64,000 bases of DNA, taken from NCBI RefSeq assembly GCF_016432865.1, contig NC_067399.1, forward strand, positions 59,334,001 to 59,398,000, written 5' to 3'. The translations under genes and the position numbers were made by a program. The first letter of the stretch is position 1. The number at the start of each line of letters is the position of its first letter. This DNA is from Antechinus flavipes (taxonomy: Eukaryota). The notes under the pieces were generated by a model that was not told the origin of the DNA, ran no database searches, and saw only the letters and a program-made list of their open reading frames with translations. This document shows, piece after piece, positions 11,270-24,271 of the stretch.

Positions 11270-12360
11270 TGTCACACTGATTAGTAAAGGGCAGAGTCTG
11301 GGCCCAAGCCATCTGATTCTAAGGGAACAGGCTTCCCCTCTGTTACTGATCCCTTGCTATCATGACAAAAACAACAGTGACAGCTTCCTTTCATATGGTG
11401 CCTGTGTGCATCATCTCATCTGATCGTCACAATTTGGTCTTCCTGAAGATGAGAAACAGGGGACTTAGGCACTGATCTGGACCCCACAACTCCTCACTGT
11501 GGAAGGTGGGATTCTGGCCTGGGGGCCTGCTGACTGTGGGCCCCAGGCCTGTCTGCTTCTGCAAGCCTTCCCACAAAGACCCATCTACCCGTTTATGTCA
11601 AGCAGGAAAGGGAAGGATTCCAGTCTATCCCCAGAGAAGTGAGCAAACCCAGACCTAGAGAGAAGGGCCCTGGCCAGAGCACCGGACTCGGAGCCAGAGG
11701 ATTTGGGCTGCAGCTCTTCAGCAGCTAGAGGTGTGACCTTGGATGGTCGCTGGCTTTCTCCATCTCTGTTTCTCCAATGGGAAAATCAGCACAGATTAGC
11801 TTAGCTGGATGCAGGTTAAGGTGCCTGAAGGCAGACAGTCACTAGAGACTGATCCTGGAGTCTGGAAGGCTTGAGGTAAAATCTTGGCTGCATGATCATG
11901 AACTGATCATTGGCCTCTTAGTGTCTGGGGCAACTTTTTAAGATTGTAATTTATAACTGGATTGCCCTCAGCAGCAGTGGAAGACATCTCCAACTCTGCC
12001 GAAGTCATGGGTCCGGACCAAACAGTGCTCTGGAGACCAGCACAGGGCTGTACCTGTCACATGTCTGTCAGATAAATGAACACAATGTCACATCCTGCTC
12101 TGCGAAGCTGTGCTTGATATCTTGTGAGGTTCAAGACAGAGCTTATGCTAACAGGGCTTTCATTTTCTCAGTCCATTGCTGTGACCACCACAAATGCTTA
12201 AAAGTTTTGGATACAAATTGGCACTAAAAGGAAAGGAGAACATGGCACAGTATGTGTATTTCCTACCTTGATCAAAGAGTAATGGAGATCCCTCATGAAT
12301 ACACACTCTCTCTCTTTTTCTCTCTCTCTGTCTGTCTGTTTCTCTCTGTAGGTGTCTCTC

Positions 12361-12503
12361 NNNNNNNNNNNNNNNNNNNNNNNNNNNNNNNNNNNNNNNN
12401 NNNNNNNNNNNNNNNNNNNNNNNNNNNNNNNNNNNNNNNNNNNNNNNNNNNNNNNNNNNNNNNNNNNNNNNNNNNNNNNNNNNNNNNNNNNNNNNNNNNN
12501 NNN
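12361..12503. other. Assembly gap (143 N) inside a CT-rich microsatellite
   Basis: Run of N flanked by (CT)n-like sequence. Confidence 0.99.
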
Positions 12504-13354
12504 NTCCATTTCTCTCTGTTTCTCTCTCATGACAACATGGGACAGGTCAATAAGGCAAAAAAAAAAAATGGGGGCTCTTCTTTGGGAGAGCTGACATTCC
12601 CTTTGAATCTGTGTACTCTCTGCTATGAGGTCCTGAGCTTTTCACACAGAGTGTAATGTGGTGAAACCAAATTAATTCCTGTTATAACAAGATCTACTCC
12701 ATCTATTTTTGCCCACCATTTGTCAGCATTTAACAGATTATATTTTGGTCGTGGCTGCCAGAATTACTTTCCCATAAAAGCAGCGTTTCTTATATAAGAA
12801 TGGATAGTGTTCCATTAACTTGCATTTCATTAAAAAAGGAGCTTTCAGGGACTGAAGGCCCAGAGATCGAAGACTTTGTCACTTCACCTCAGCATCACCA
12901 GATCAGAGCACAGTCCATGTCAGTAATAATTTGAAAAGCATTCTGTCCTCTTCCCGCCTGGAACTAATTCTTCATCTCTTTGTACTTTATTTTGGTAACT
13001 TTTATCGAGCAATTGTCTGTGATTCCTATTACTTCACCTCACCTGTGACCTGCCATTTTTATTCAGAAAACATTAAGTAAATATGCCAAGCCTTTGTTAA
13101 ATGCCAGAGATACAAAGACAAAAACAAAACTCTCCCTGTCTTCAAAGAGTTTACAGTTTAAGAATATCTCCATGTCCCTAGAATTCCTTTTCACAGCCAA
13201 CTCCCCTAGAAAATTTAAAATATGATTATTCAGAAACATTTAATTTTCATCTGTTTTTAAGCACTTCATGTTGTATGTGTTTACATTGTGTTACATATGT
13301 ATAATATAAACACACCTAGTTTTAGATAGATATAGATATAGATATACATGTGTG

Positions 13355-13360
13355 TATGCG

Positions 13361-13395
<35 letters not shown>
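13355..13395. repeat. (TG)n microsatellite
   Basis: Direct reading. Confidence 0.95.
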
Positions 13396-13899
13396 AGTTT
13401 TACTTACATTAAGAACCAGCAATTCTTGGCTACTATTACCAAGATCAGGAAGCAGGATTTGTAACTTTAAAAGCAATACATTTAACTTCCCTTTTAAGGC
13501 AGATGCTGGAGGACTCAAATGACACTGAGTTCTAAATCAAACTTCATTATGCATTTGGAAACCATGTGCTCCTACTAACAAAACATTTTAAAATTACCTT
13601 TTTGGCATCTTATTTTAAAAGTGTTCATATCCAGAGAGGACAGGTATATCTTCCTGAAGTATTCCACATGAATTCTTCATCTATCCTGTTTGGGATAATC
13701 AGAAGGTTAGCCAAGAGAGAACATTATGAAATAAAGGGTTCTAACTGATCTGAATACTTAGAGCCCTAAATAGATTCTAGTTGGCTTCCCAATCTGGAAA
13801 CTGAGAAGGGAGACTTAATGCCTCCTAGGACCTTCTTCTCAATTATATGTCCAGGTCTAGATCCCTAGGAATCATTCCTTTTGGCACTAAACTGCTTCA

Positions 13900-14630
13900 T
13901 ATTTCCATCTTCACAGAATCCCAGAGTTGTTAAAGATTCCTGATGTCATCTTGTCCAAATTCTATCTGAATAGGAAACTTTTATAGATGAGTGCCCATTC
14001 ATCCTCTACTTGAAGACCTTCAATGATAGAAAATTCATGATCCTTTGTGATCTTGGACAGTTCCAACCACTAGTCTTCTTTATTTGAAGTAAAAATCTGC
14101 CTCCCACCAATCCCCTTTCCTCTTTAATTTATAATAATTCACTCATTTTTGGTTCTGCCCTCTGGGACCAAGCAGAAAATACCTAATTCTTCCCCATAAT
14201 AATCCTTCAAATACTTAAAGAGAACAGTCACATCTTTACTGCATAAAATTCTCAATTTCTTCAGCTGAGTCTGATGTCCCAGAAATGGTGTGACCAAGGC
14301 AGAATACACAACTCTTCCCTCCCTCATTTCTGGATAATTTCCCTCCATAAATGTTGCCTAAGTTCATAATTGCTCTTTTGGCTGCCATGATAAATGATCG
14401 ATTTATCTTGACCTTGCAGGACCTGTGAAATTTTAACCATTCTTCCACTGTCTTGTATTTGTGCAGTTGTGATGACATGACCCCAGAAGTAGGACTTTTC
14501 ATTCATCTCTATCACATTTCATCATTTTAGAGCAGCCCCATATTCTAGATTATTGAAATCATTTTGCATCCTGTTATCCAACATCTTAGGTATCAATCCC
14601 AGTTTTGTGTCACCTGCTACTTCAACAGAG
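13900..14630 (-). mobile_element. Degenerate L3/CR1 LINE fragment
   Basis: Antisense CR1-like motifs (gctgagtctgatgtcccagaaatggtgtgaccaaggcagaataca; ttttggctgccatg; tcccagttttgtgtcacctgc). Approximate. Confidence 0.5.
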
Positions 14631-14639
14631 TCTACACCA

Positions 14640-15530
14640 GAATAGAGGCAATGGGAGCAGAATGAAGGAAATGTAAGAAATATCTGAAGGGCAAAAACAA
14701 TAGGATTTGATAATTGTTTAGGATAATTATAGGATTTGATAATTGTTTAGATATGAGATAGTCATGAGAAGAACCAATCACCTTCAGGGGGAAAATGCTA
14801 AGTTCATTTATGGATAGGGTGCATTTAAGTGCCCTAAGTTTATCAGATGGAAATGTCCTCAAGGCAGTTGGGGATGTAAGTCTAGAAATCCAAAAAGAGA
14901 TCAGGTTAGAAAATATGATGTAGTCTTGAAAGTGAATGAAATTGCCAAGGAAAAGGAAAATCAATCCATCCATCAATAAGCACTTATTAGGTACTTATTA
15001 CATGCCAGGCACTATGCTAAGCCTTGAATATTCAAAGAAAAAGTACAAATGCTCTCTGCCCTCATGAAGCAAACATTCTAATGGAAAAGTCAATATGTTC
15101 ATAAATAATTACATACTAGATCTATGCAAGAGGGAAGGCACTAGCATCTGGGGGAGGGGGGGAGGCTGGAAAAAGGTCTCCTGCAGAAGGTGTCATTTAA
15201 GCTGAGTCTGGAAGGAATCCAGTTATTATAAGAAATGAATATGAGAAGAGAAAGCACACTAAGCATGACAGGTAGCCAATATAAAGGCACAGTGATGGGA
15301 GGTAGAACGTCACGGGTGAGGATCACCAACTAGACTAATATGGCTGGACCACCATGTAAAGGGAAGTAATATGTAACAGAACTGAAAAGACAGGAAGGGG
15401 CTAGGTTGTGGAGAACTTTAAATGTCAATCATTAGAAGGTAGATTTGATCTCAGAGGTAAAAGGCCACCAATGAAGTTGACTAAGAGGAAGAATAGGAGA
15501 AAGATGTAAACAGAAGCTGCCCTTGGTTGT
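14640..15530 (-). mobile_element. L2 LINE fragments
   Basis: L2 3'-end signature (catcaataagcacttattaggtacttattacatgccaggcactatgctaag) and purine-rich antisense L2 body. Approximate. Confidence 0.55.
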
Positions 15531-16269
15531 AAAATCTAGTATTTGTCTCTTTTTCTTTTCTCAACTCCTTTTTCTGATGAGCAGACTTCAGGCACCTTCT
15601 ACTTCTACACTGCTTCTTCTTGCCAGGGTCTTCTACAGCCACCATTGTCCTGTTAAGTCCCACCATGGTCCCCGGTCCACTATTTAAACCCCATAATTTC
15701 CAACCATGGACACCAGACTACTCTGCTTTGACCACAGATATTTACCTTTCCTTTATTGGAAGTCTCTATGGCTTTGAGAGCCTAGAAATCCTATCCTGTC
15801 CCTCTGTCCTATTTGTTTGAAGTATTTTTCCAGATCTACTGTTAAGACTGAGTGATTCTACCTTCTGGTCGAGCAGGGATCCTTCACCTATTGCATTCAG
15901 CTTAGTCTCTCTAGTATGGCCTCAATAATGGGTCCCTGACGTCTTTCCCTGGAATTTATCATCAAATGAAAACTCCTTCTCTAATCCTGCTTCAAAGCCC
16001 AAACTCCTTTTTGGAGCTCCCAGTTCTCAGCTCCTTTGCAGAGCAGAGATATTTGACAAACATACATATGTACCGATAAATGGTCAATACCTTCACACTT
16101 TGTGCTGCTAGTGTCATCAGTTTCCCTTGGTTTCTTTCTAGTGATTCATTAATCAGTTGAATACACCAAAAGAAGTCGTCTTCATCTTCTATAATCCTTC
16201 TATAATATATAATATAGATCTATAATCTATAATCCTTGGTGTTTCCAAGGAAAGGAAAGAAAAGAGAAA

Positions 16270-16530
16270 AGGAACAAACATTCATTAAGCACCTACTATG
16301 TGCTAGGTACTCTGCTAAATGCTCTACACATATGATCTCATTATCTTCAGAAGCGCCCTGTGAGATTGGTGCTATTATGATCCCCATTTTACATTTGAGA
16401 AAACTGAGGAAGATAGAGGTTAAATGACTTGCCAGCATCACACAGTTAGTAAGTGTCTGAAGCCTGATTTCAACCCAGGTCTTCCTAATTCCAGGTCTAC
16501 CACCTGTCACTCTGCCACCTAACTGCCTCA
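16270..16530 (-). mobile_element. L2 tail plus MIR-like CORE SINE
   Basis: cattcattaagcacctactatgtgctagg followed by ccccattttacatttgagaaaactgagg...aaatgacttgccagcatcacacagttagtaagtgtctgaagcctgatttcaacccagg. Confidence 0.65.
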
Positions 16531-18495
16531 AAAGAGTGACTTGTAGTCACCTACCTACAAGTGACTCAGATGATGTCTTACATAAATTTAGTAGCTCTTC
16601 CTGTTGCTAACAGAATATTCTGCACACTTAATAGAGGCACTTAATAAATTTCTGTTGATTTAAATCCAACCAAAATTCAAAATATTAAATATGCTTTAAA
16701 CATACAGTAGGAATGAGACAGTTCCCAAAAAAGGGATTTTAACACACCACCCCAGTCTTAACTTCCATTCAAAATGCCTTCAGTCTTGCTGTGAAATTGG
16801 ACTTACCACATGCTCACAATTGAATGTACAAGAAAAGTGACCACCACCTCTACTCATTACTGCCCTGTATGGTTTTTAGATCTATTTAACTTGGGTCCTT
16901 AGTACTGTGATCCGCTCTGCAGGTGAATGGTTTACCACTGATGCCTCATAAATGAGGTTCTGTTTTACTTGAGTTTTCACTAAAATTGGCTTTTCTGTGG
17001 AAAATTTAATAGAAGATGATCCTGTAAGGAGAAAGGGCAGGATTTATTGCATCTCTTTCAACCCATCTGGAAAATATAGAGTCATTTATAGGTACTGTGT
17101 GTGTGTATGTGTGTGTGTGTGTGTAATGACCTGGTAGGATGGATGCTAGAGTGCATATGTTGTGGGACTAGCCCTCTTATAACCTCATAGACCCCTGGTA
17201 GGCATGTGGTGCCATTATAAGCCTTTTCCTCCTCTGTGCTACCTCAGAGCACCTTTTCCAGGGATTCCTCTTGGCAGGAAATGTTAGTCACTTTCCATAA
17301 CTGATTTACCTGTGGGGACTTGTACACATCAGTGGGTCTGTGATCTCATCAATGTGGGCACTCTTCCCAGCTGGTACACATCCCACCTTACCCAGTTCTT
17401 CCAATGGGACTCCTGTCCTTCCACAAATATTCACAGGAGGTCTACCCACGTTCAGAATATGAGGCTGTCCAATGGGAATCTCATTTACTGCCGTCTTTGA
17501 TACTGAATCTTCATTGACATTTGCAGGTTAACTATTGAAAATTCAGCTACTGTAAAAGACTAAGAAACCAGATGTATTTTAAGATAGAGGTTGCTTGGAG
17601 TCAGCTCATCCTGCCATGAGTAGAACATTCAGAATTAGGGTCATTTTGAGATAGTGAAACTCTACCCTTTGGAGACAAAGCACCTGTTGAACTGTCAGTG
17701 GGAAGGCCATACATGTGGCACATGAAGAGCACCAGAAACTGTATTTCAGTTCAAATTAATTTGCCACAAAAGTCCAACTCATAACAAACATCACATAGAC
17801 AGATACTCTGTCAGTGTCACCAGCTTAAAAGCAGAAATTCAGGGGTTCAATTTAATGTAACAAACATTGGCTAGCACCAGTTATATGCAAGGCCCTGTGC
17901 TGCAAGCTGTGGAAGCAAAGGTGAAATGAGGCGAGTCTGCCTTAAAGGAACTTACAATCTAACAGGGGAAATTTGATATAGTGTGGGGTGGGAGAAATGC
18001 CAAGGAAATGAATACAAGAGCAAAATATCCATGCCAGACATGCTCGAGCCCCTAAATAAAGGCACCAAGATAAAAAAAAAAAAAAAGCAGGTTAGGAACA
18101 AGGAATATTAAGTTTGAGTTAATTCACTAAAATCCTGTGATTTTAGGACCATAAGGACAAGAACTAGGGATTTCCATAAGAATTCTTAGAATCAGAGGGT
18201 TTTAAGTTTAAGAATTTATATTGGATTACTAAAAGAAAGAAAAGTAAATGGGTGATAGGAAGGGACAGCCACTAAGATGGACAGTTCTTCGCAGAGTTTG
18301 TGAAGAAGAGGAAAGACACAGGATAGGTGCTTTAGGAGGCAGAGTAAGGTCTGCTGAAGAATTAGTAAGGATGGAAAAGATCTAAGAATGTTCGGAGACA
18401 GCTAGGAAGGCACCAGAGGAAAGAGAATTTAGAAATTAATGGGACAGAGGGATGATTAAGGACCCAAGACATAAAGAAGAACATAGGATTTTTGT

Positions 18496-18584
18496 TATGC
18501 TGCTGCTTCTTCCCAGTTCAAAACCTCAAATCTCTTTCTTCATCCCTCTTCTGAAGTATTGAACTGGGAAGAAGCAGCAGCATA
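18496..18584. repeat. Perfect 26-bp inverted repeat with 37-nt spacer
   Basis: tatgctgctgcttcttcccagttcaa (18496-18521) and ttgaactgggaagaagcagcagcata (18559-18584). Confidence 0.95.
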
Positions 18585-20951
18585 GCATTAGTCTTGTAAC
18601 ATTCCAAGCTTATTTTGTGATCTTATCTGTTACACTTATCTGCATTTATCACCTATCACTCTATATGACGCAAGAGGAAAAATGATGTTTCACTTAAGCT
18701 TTCAATCTCCCCACACACAAACACCCAGCACAGATCTCTGTATTTTGGGGGTTAATAAATGTGTGTTAAACTTTTAAAAATTACATTTTGTAGTTGTATT
18801 TTTTTTAAAGGTTTGCTCTAAACTGACTCAATCTGATAATTTCTAAAAGAACTTGTTATTGTGATCATTAGCTTTTATTTATGTTTTAGATCCATGACAA
18901 AAAATATAGTCTCCTTTGTCATATAAAGATATAGAAATTCATTTTAATAACCTAACACTTTTCCCATTATACTTGCTGCAAAGTCAAAGAACTATTTTTC
19001 CAGTGAGGAAGGTTCATTGAAACATGGAAGAAAATCCATAAATAGCCACATTAAATAAAAAATCATTCCATTTCATATTTTAGTGTTTTTGAGGTAGAAA
19101 CAGTTTGAGAGAAACAGAAATATAAAAACAATTAATTCGTTTATTTTTAATGAAAAACAATGAACCTTTCAATTAACAGAATAATCACCAATATATGATA
19201 TAATGATAAGTGGGAGATAGAAAAAGCCAGAAGGGAAGCAAAGACCTCTACAAAGAAAGGGAAAGCAATACCTAGAACTAAATATTAGAGAAACTTTGGT
19301 GAAGCAATATCTCCATCTTGTGGCCTTTCAGGTCTTCCTGCAAAGGATTTTTTTTTTTTTAACTAGCTGTTCCCACAACTATAAACAAAAGCACATGATA
19401 TTCCTATGGCCCATGAAAATAAACTAAAGGTCAGATCGGGCCTTCAAACCAGAGTTTCTACATTCCTGATATGGAGGGTAGACTGTACATGCTAATTCCT
19501 GCATGTTCCCCCATGTCAGTTCCTAATCCCTCTTATGTGCAAGATGAGAAACAAGAACTGACAAAGAACGGAGGGGTAAAAGAAAAGCAAAACCATGTTG
19601 GGAAAAAAAAGAGAAGATTCAGCAGAGTTTCAGCAGCTGGAAGAAAATCAGGAAGATTAGCAAAACAATCTTAAGCAAATTACTTACAATTTGGCTACTG
19701 TGCAAAATGGCCAATTATCAGTTATATTGTGGATGGAAAATTTCTTGGAATATTTGCAAACTGAATCCCAAGAAAACTGATCCAAATTCTGCCTTCATTA
19801 AAATTCAATCTCTCTAACCATGATGACATCTGGAAGTCAAGTCCACAAGCATTTATTAAGTGCCTACTACATGCTAAGCACAAGAAAGGCAAAAGTTGGC
19901 TCCTGTCCCTAAAGTAGCTCACTGTGTCATGGAGGAGATTGCCAATGACTCTGTGCCAACAAGATAGGATCGGGACAAACTGGGGGCAAACTGAGGAGAG
20001 CATTTTAGGGATGAGGGACAAGCAGTGAAAATGCCAGACACAAAATGTATTGTCTTGTGCAAGGAGCATCTCGGCGGCTGGCGCTGCTGCATCATGTCTA
20101 TGGAGGGGAATAAATGTGTAACACCATCAAAAAGGGAGGAAGGTGATGGCTTATGAAGGGCTCTCACAGCCATTCAAACTGCCTTCTCCTACTGTCATGA
20201 CTCTCTGCCTGGATCTTTTCTTATGCATGGGGAGCTATCATTTTCTCATTCAAAACCCTATAGGTCTCTGCATCAGGGAGCATTTTTTGAGAGGAAAATT
20301 CCACCAAAGAGAAATCAGTGAGAGTCTGAGGGAGAAGGTACCAAGAATTAGGAGAAGAGGGCAGGAAGCAGGACCTGAGATGACCAAATTCACCCCTAAT
20401 ATGTTCTTGAGTTGCATTGGGAGAGGGAGAGCATCCAGGACTGGGGAGTTGGTTGTATTGTCTTCTACCTCCAGTCCTTATCCTGTAGCCCGGTGTTTGA
20501 TTCTGGATCACACATTTTAGGAAAGATAAGCCAGGTTGGCAAGATCATGCCAAATTAAAGAAAGAGGGTAGCCCAGAGAAAAATGAACTTAAGAAGTACA
20601 TGATAGTGTTCTCCAAAGATGACCTTCTTCCAAAGGTATCCCCTTCCATTTTGTTAGGAAGTTTTCCCTGACATCCTCCTCCATTTCTCAGTTTTGCCAA
20701 GTGGAACAAGAATCCTCTCTCCTTCCACATGTCAGATTTTAGGTATTTAAAACTAGTTATCATCTACAGTGCTAGCACAGTGCCTGGCACAAAGGAGGCA
20801 TTTAATAAATGCTTGTTGATTGACTCCAACTCCGAGATTTCATGATTCTGAATTGTCTCCAAAAAGATGAGGTTTCTCCTGGCACACCACGACAAATAAG
20901 CAACCACTTAAATTACCTACGTGTGCGGCCCCATTTCTTTATATCATCATT

Positions 20952-21155
20952 TCTCAAGACTTCAAACAGCAATACAACAATACAATAAACAAGACAAACG
21001 GTAAGATAAAGAAGTCTCGAGACTTCAAACAACAATATAACAACACAATAATATAATACAATAAACAAGACAAACAGTAAGATAAAGAAGTCTCAAGATT
21101 TCAAACAACAATATAACAACACAACAATATAATACAATAAACAAGACACAGTAAG
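20952..21155. repeat. 76-bp tandem repeat (~2.7 copies, A/C-rich)
   Basis: tctc(a/g)aga(c/t)ttcaaaca at 20952, 21015 and 21091. acaataaacaagaca recurs with period 76. Confidence 0.9.
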
Positions 21156-21399
21156 GCAATAAAGTAAATAATGTGGGTTGCTTATTACAATAAAATTCCA
21201 TGAAACAGCATCTCACCATTCTACTGATTTCAGGTGACATCATTCTTGGCTTTATACATAAGAGGTGTGGTATATTCACATTATAACTGGAAAATTCATC
21301 ACACAAGCGGTATTCTGGATGTCTGGCACCAAGGCTGTAAGCGTTCTTCTTTACTTCAGAACACCATTGGTGAGGATATGCAGCAAAGATGACAATGTG

Positions 21400-21970
21400 A
21401 ATGGAAAAGACCCAAGAGTTTTGGAGTAGTACAAGGTCAATAGGAGTCAATGGCTGTAACATGGCAACTGAAATAACAAAGCTGTCCTTGGCTTCCTGAG
21501 AAAGAGCATAAAACCCAGATCAGAGAGTCTGCTTATTCTCTCCTTTGATCAGACCTTATCGGGAGTATCAGGTTCAGTTCTGGGTATTTCATTCTAGGAA
21601 GGAAATCCATAAATGGAGAGCATGGCAAAGCAACCAAGATGATGAGGAGCATAGAAGTTATGCCATGTTCACTGAAGAAATGGGGAAAAGGGAGGAAATG
21701 GTCTGAGAAAAAGAAAACTTGTTAGAGACCAAGATGCCTTCAAATATCTGAAGAACTGTTATGTGGGGGAAGGTTTGTTTTGTTTGGCTCCAGAAGAAAG
21801 AATTAGGATCAGTGGATAGAAAATACAAGAAGATTCGGTTTTAAGGGAAAAATTTCTAATTGATAGAGCAGACAATCTCAGGAAGTAGTGAGTCTCGCTT
21901 ATAGGTTAGATGACCACTTGTTAGAAATATTCATGTATTACGTAGATATTGTGCAAGACCCCTTCCATCT
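21400..21970 (+). mobile_element. Degenerate L3/CR1 LINE 3' fragment
   Basis: CR1-like motifs (caggttcagttctgggtatttcattctaggaagg...ccttcaaatatctgaagaactgttatgtgg...caagacccctttccatctcaaaga). Approximate. Confidence 0.5.
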
Positions 21971-22703
21971 CAAAGATATATTTCTTTTTTTTTTTTATCC
22001 TTCATTCTCGATGTATGACCAGTCCATATTCTTTATTTGTTCAATTTGATAGGGGCAGGGATCTATGTGAAGGAACACTTTGTTTTTTGTAGTTTCTTAT
22101 TTGTTTTTATTTATCCTTTTGTTTGTTTGCAGCCTTGTCACACTCATTACGTCTCATTCCTTTGCATTATAATGATACTCAATTTTAATTCTTCAAAATA
22201 CATAATGTTCCATGTCTCACAATCATAAAACATTGTATGAATAATTATATAGACAGACCCTGCATAATGTTGCTTCAACAAGTGTAATTTGTCAGTAATG
22301 TCATTTGTAACTTTACACAATATTTCTAGGTTTAATATGGCTATTTTTTTAAAAACATAAGCAGCTATTTCAAGTCACAGTCTCCAAATCTCTACTTAGT
22401 ACAAACTCAAAGATATATTTCCATATATTTTTAGGCTACCGTGGCTTTTGGAACTTATTAATGAGATATTTCTCATTGTGTGCAATTGGGGTGTCTGAAG
22501 CCAGAGAGAAATCATTGTTCCTATTGATTCTTTACTTCTCCCCCAACAGAGAAGCAAGTCTAATTGGAGGAACGTCTGATGGTTTCTGCTGATTTGTCAT
22601 TTTAACAATTTTGTGCTGAATATCTATGATCCTGGAAGTATCTGGCAATTTACTATTCCTACTTCTAATTAATTACGTCCTTTTCCCCTTCCTTTTTTCT
22701 CAG

Positions 22704-22779
22704 GTACAAGTGGGATGTACACCTCAGGACCAAAGAATCGTGGGATATATTTCCTGCACCCACTTGCAAGCTGAAGGAG
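22704..22779 (+). CDS. SMPD3: nSMase2 coding exon 2 (76 nt; VQVGCTPQDQRIVGYISCTHLQAEG)
   Basis: ttttttctcag acceptor, G|gtatgg donor. Size matches the recalled human exon. Contains the THL motif. Confidence 0.97.
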
Positions 22780-24235
22780 GTATGGAATTACTTATTCCTT
22801 AATTCTCAGGTTTCTGAGCTAGGCAACACTCTACTGAATAGAGGGAGAGAAGAGACTATCCCCACCTGCTTGCATCAGGGCACAGGAGACAAGAGCAAAA
22901 CAATGCATGTACTCACCAACCCAAAAATAGCTTTGAAAAAATGCCCTCCCACTTTGTTGGAAGCCAGACAATTGCCCGTTGTCATATAATCAAGCATTTG
23001 CATGCACCACTCTCCCTCCTCCGGGCCCAGCTAGTCAGAACACGGGCAAAGCAGAAGGCTGCACAGTCTCAAACTGCAAAGAACAGTGGAGTGCCTGCAT
23101 TCTCAGAGTCACTCCCTAATAGCTCCCCACCCCAAAGAACACGGCAGACAAGGAAGCTCTCACTTCCCACACACGTCTGCCCATTGTTCCAGGAGAGACA
23201 GCTGTCACGATTCCGAGGTTACCCGGCAAATGTTGCTCTTCCTTGAACGAGGCAGAATTTGCTGATATTCTATGATACAGCTATGGTGTAGAGTCTCGGT
23301 GATGGTGTCGAAAGTTAGTGGGGGAAAAAAAGTCTATGGGGCAGAGGGGCAGAACTGAAAGGGTCAGCCAGAGAATTCGTGGTTCCAGTCCTGGGCAGGG
23401 ACCACAAAACCCATCTTCTACACAAAGAATGGGCAGCTTCCTTTCCCCCTTGGTTTCCATTCCCCCTACAAGAAGCCATGAAGCGGTTCTTGCCTCAGGA
23501 ATATTCCTAAGTGGCACTGAACACAAGAGTAGCCTGGGAGGAGAGTGACTTTCCTTGGATGGCAAGAGAGCCACATGTCCTCTCTTCACCCCAGAACTGA
23601 CAGCGATGGAAGCTGGTGTCCAGGAAACTTCATTTTAGACGGTCCTGCTTGATTCACAGAGTTAGAGCTGGAAGGGATTTTAGAGGTCAGCTAGTCTAAA
23701 CCCTTCGTTTTGCAGGTGAAGTCTAAGAAGAATTAGATAATTCCCTTAAGGGAATTCCCAAAAGGCAGGGCCAGAATGTGACCCCAGACTCTCTGATTCC
23801 TACTTTTCCTAGGATTTCTTTCTTGTTTCTGCCAAGGGCTCACCATTCCCACTAATAAATCCCACCACAGAATCTTTAGGATAAAAAGAAGCTCAACAAT
23901 CATCCATTCTCCATATGTGATCTGAGAAAGGCTGAGGACAAGAATGTTCTAAGCTCCCTCATTCTCACTTTCTAGTAAAGGAACCTAAGATCACAGATGC
24001 TTTTCTGATGACCCTCCTACTGGCCTTTAAACTTTCAGTCTAATAAAGCCCCCAAGCCTTCTTCATATGAGCTGTTTTCTAGAATCCCTTTCATTCCTTT
24101 GGTTGTATAGTTGAGTAAAAGCCTACACATTTATAAATATTAAATTTCATCCCATTTGTTTTAGCCCAAAATTCTGGCCTGTAAAGATCTTCTGGAATAC
24201 AGATTGTCTTCCAGCATAGTCAAAATCCTTCCAAG

Positions 24236-24237
<2 letters not shown>

Positions 24238-24268
<31 letters not shown>
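24238..24268. repeat. (CA)n microsatellite
   Basis: Direct reading. Confidence 0.95.

Positions 24269-24271
<3 letters not shown>

Noticed and set aside
12198-12656. ORFs spanning the N gap (also 36844-37219)
   Set aside because: Artefacts of N runs containing no stops.
13317-13402. (AT/TG)n tract flanked by an 8-bp direct repeat tagtttta
   Set aside because: Could be a TSD but no element body is recognisable; an 8-bp AT-rich match is weak.
14701-14750. Short local direct duplications (also 25183-25221 and 57521-57540)
   Set aside because: Ordinary replication-slippage duplications inside old repeats or intron; no sign of function.
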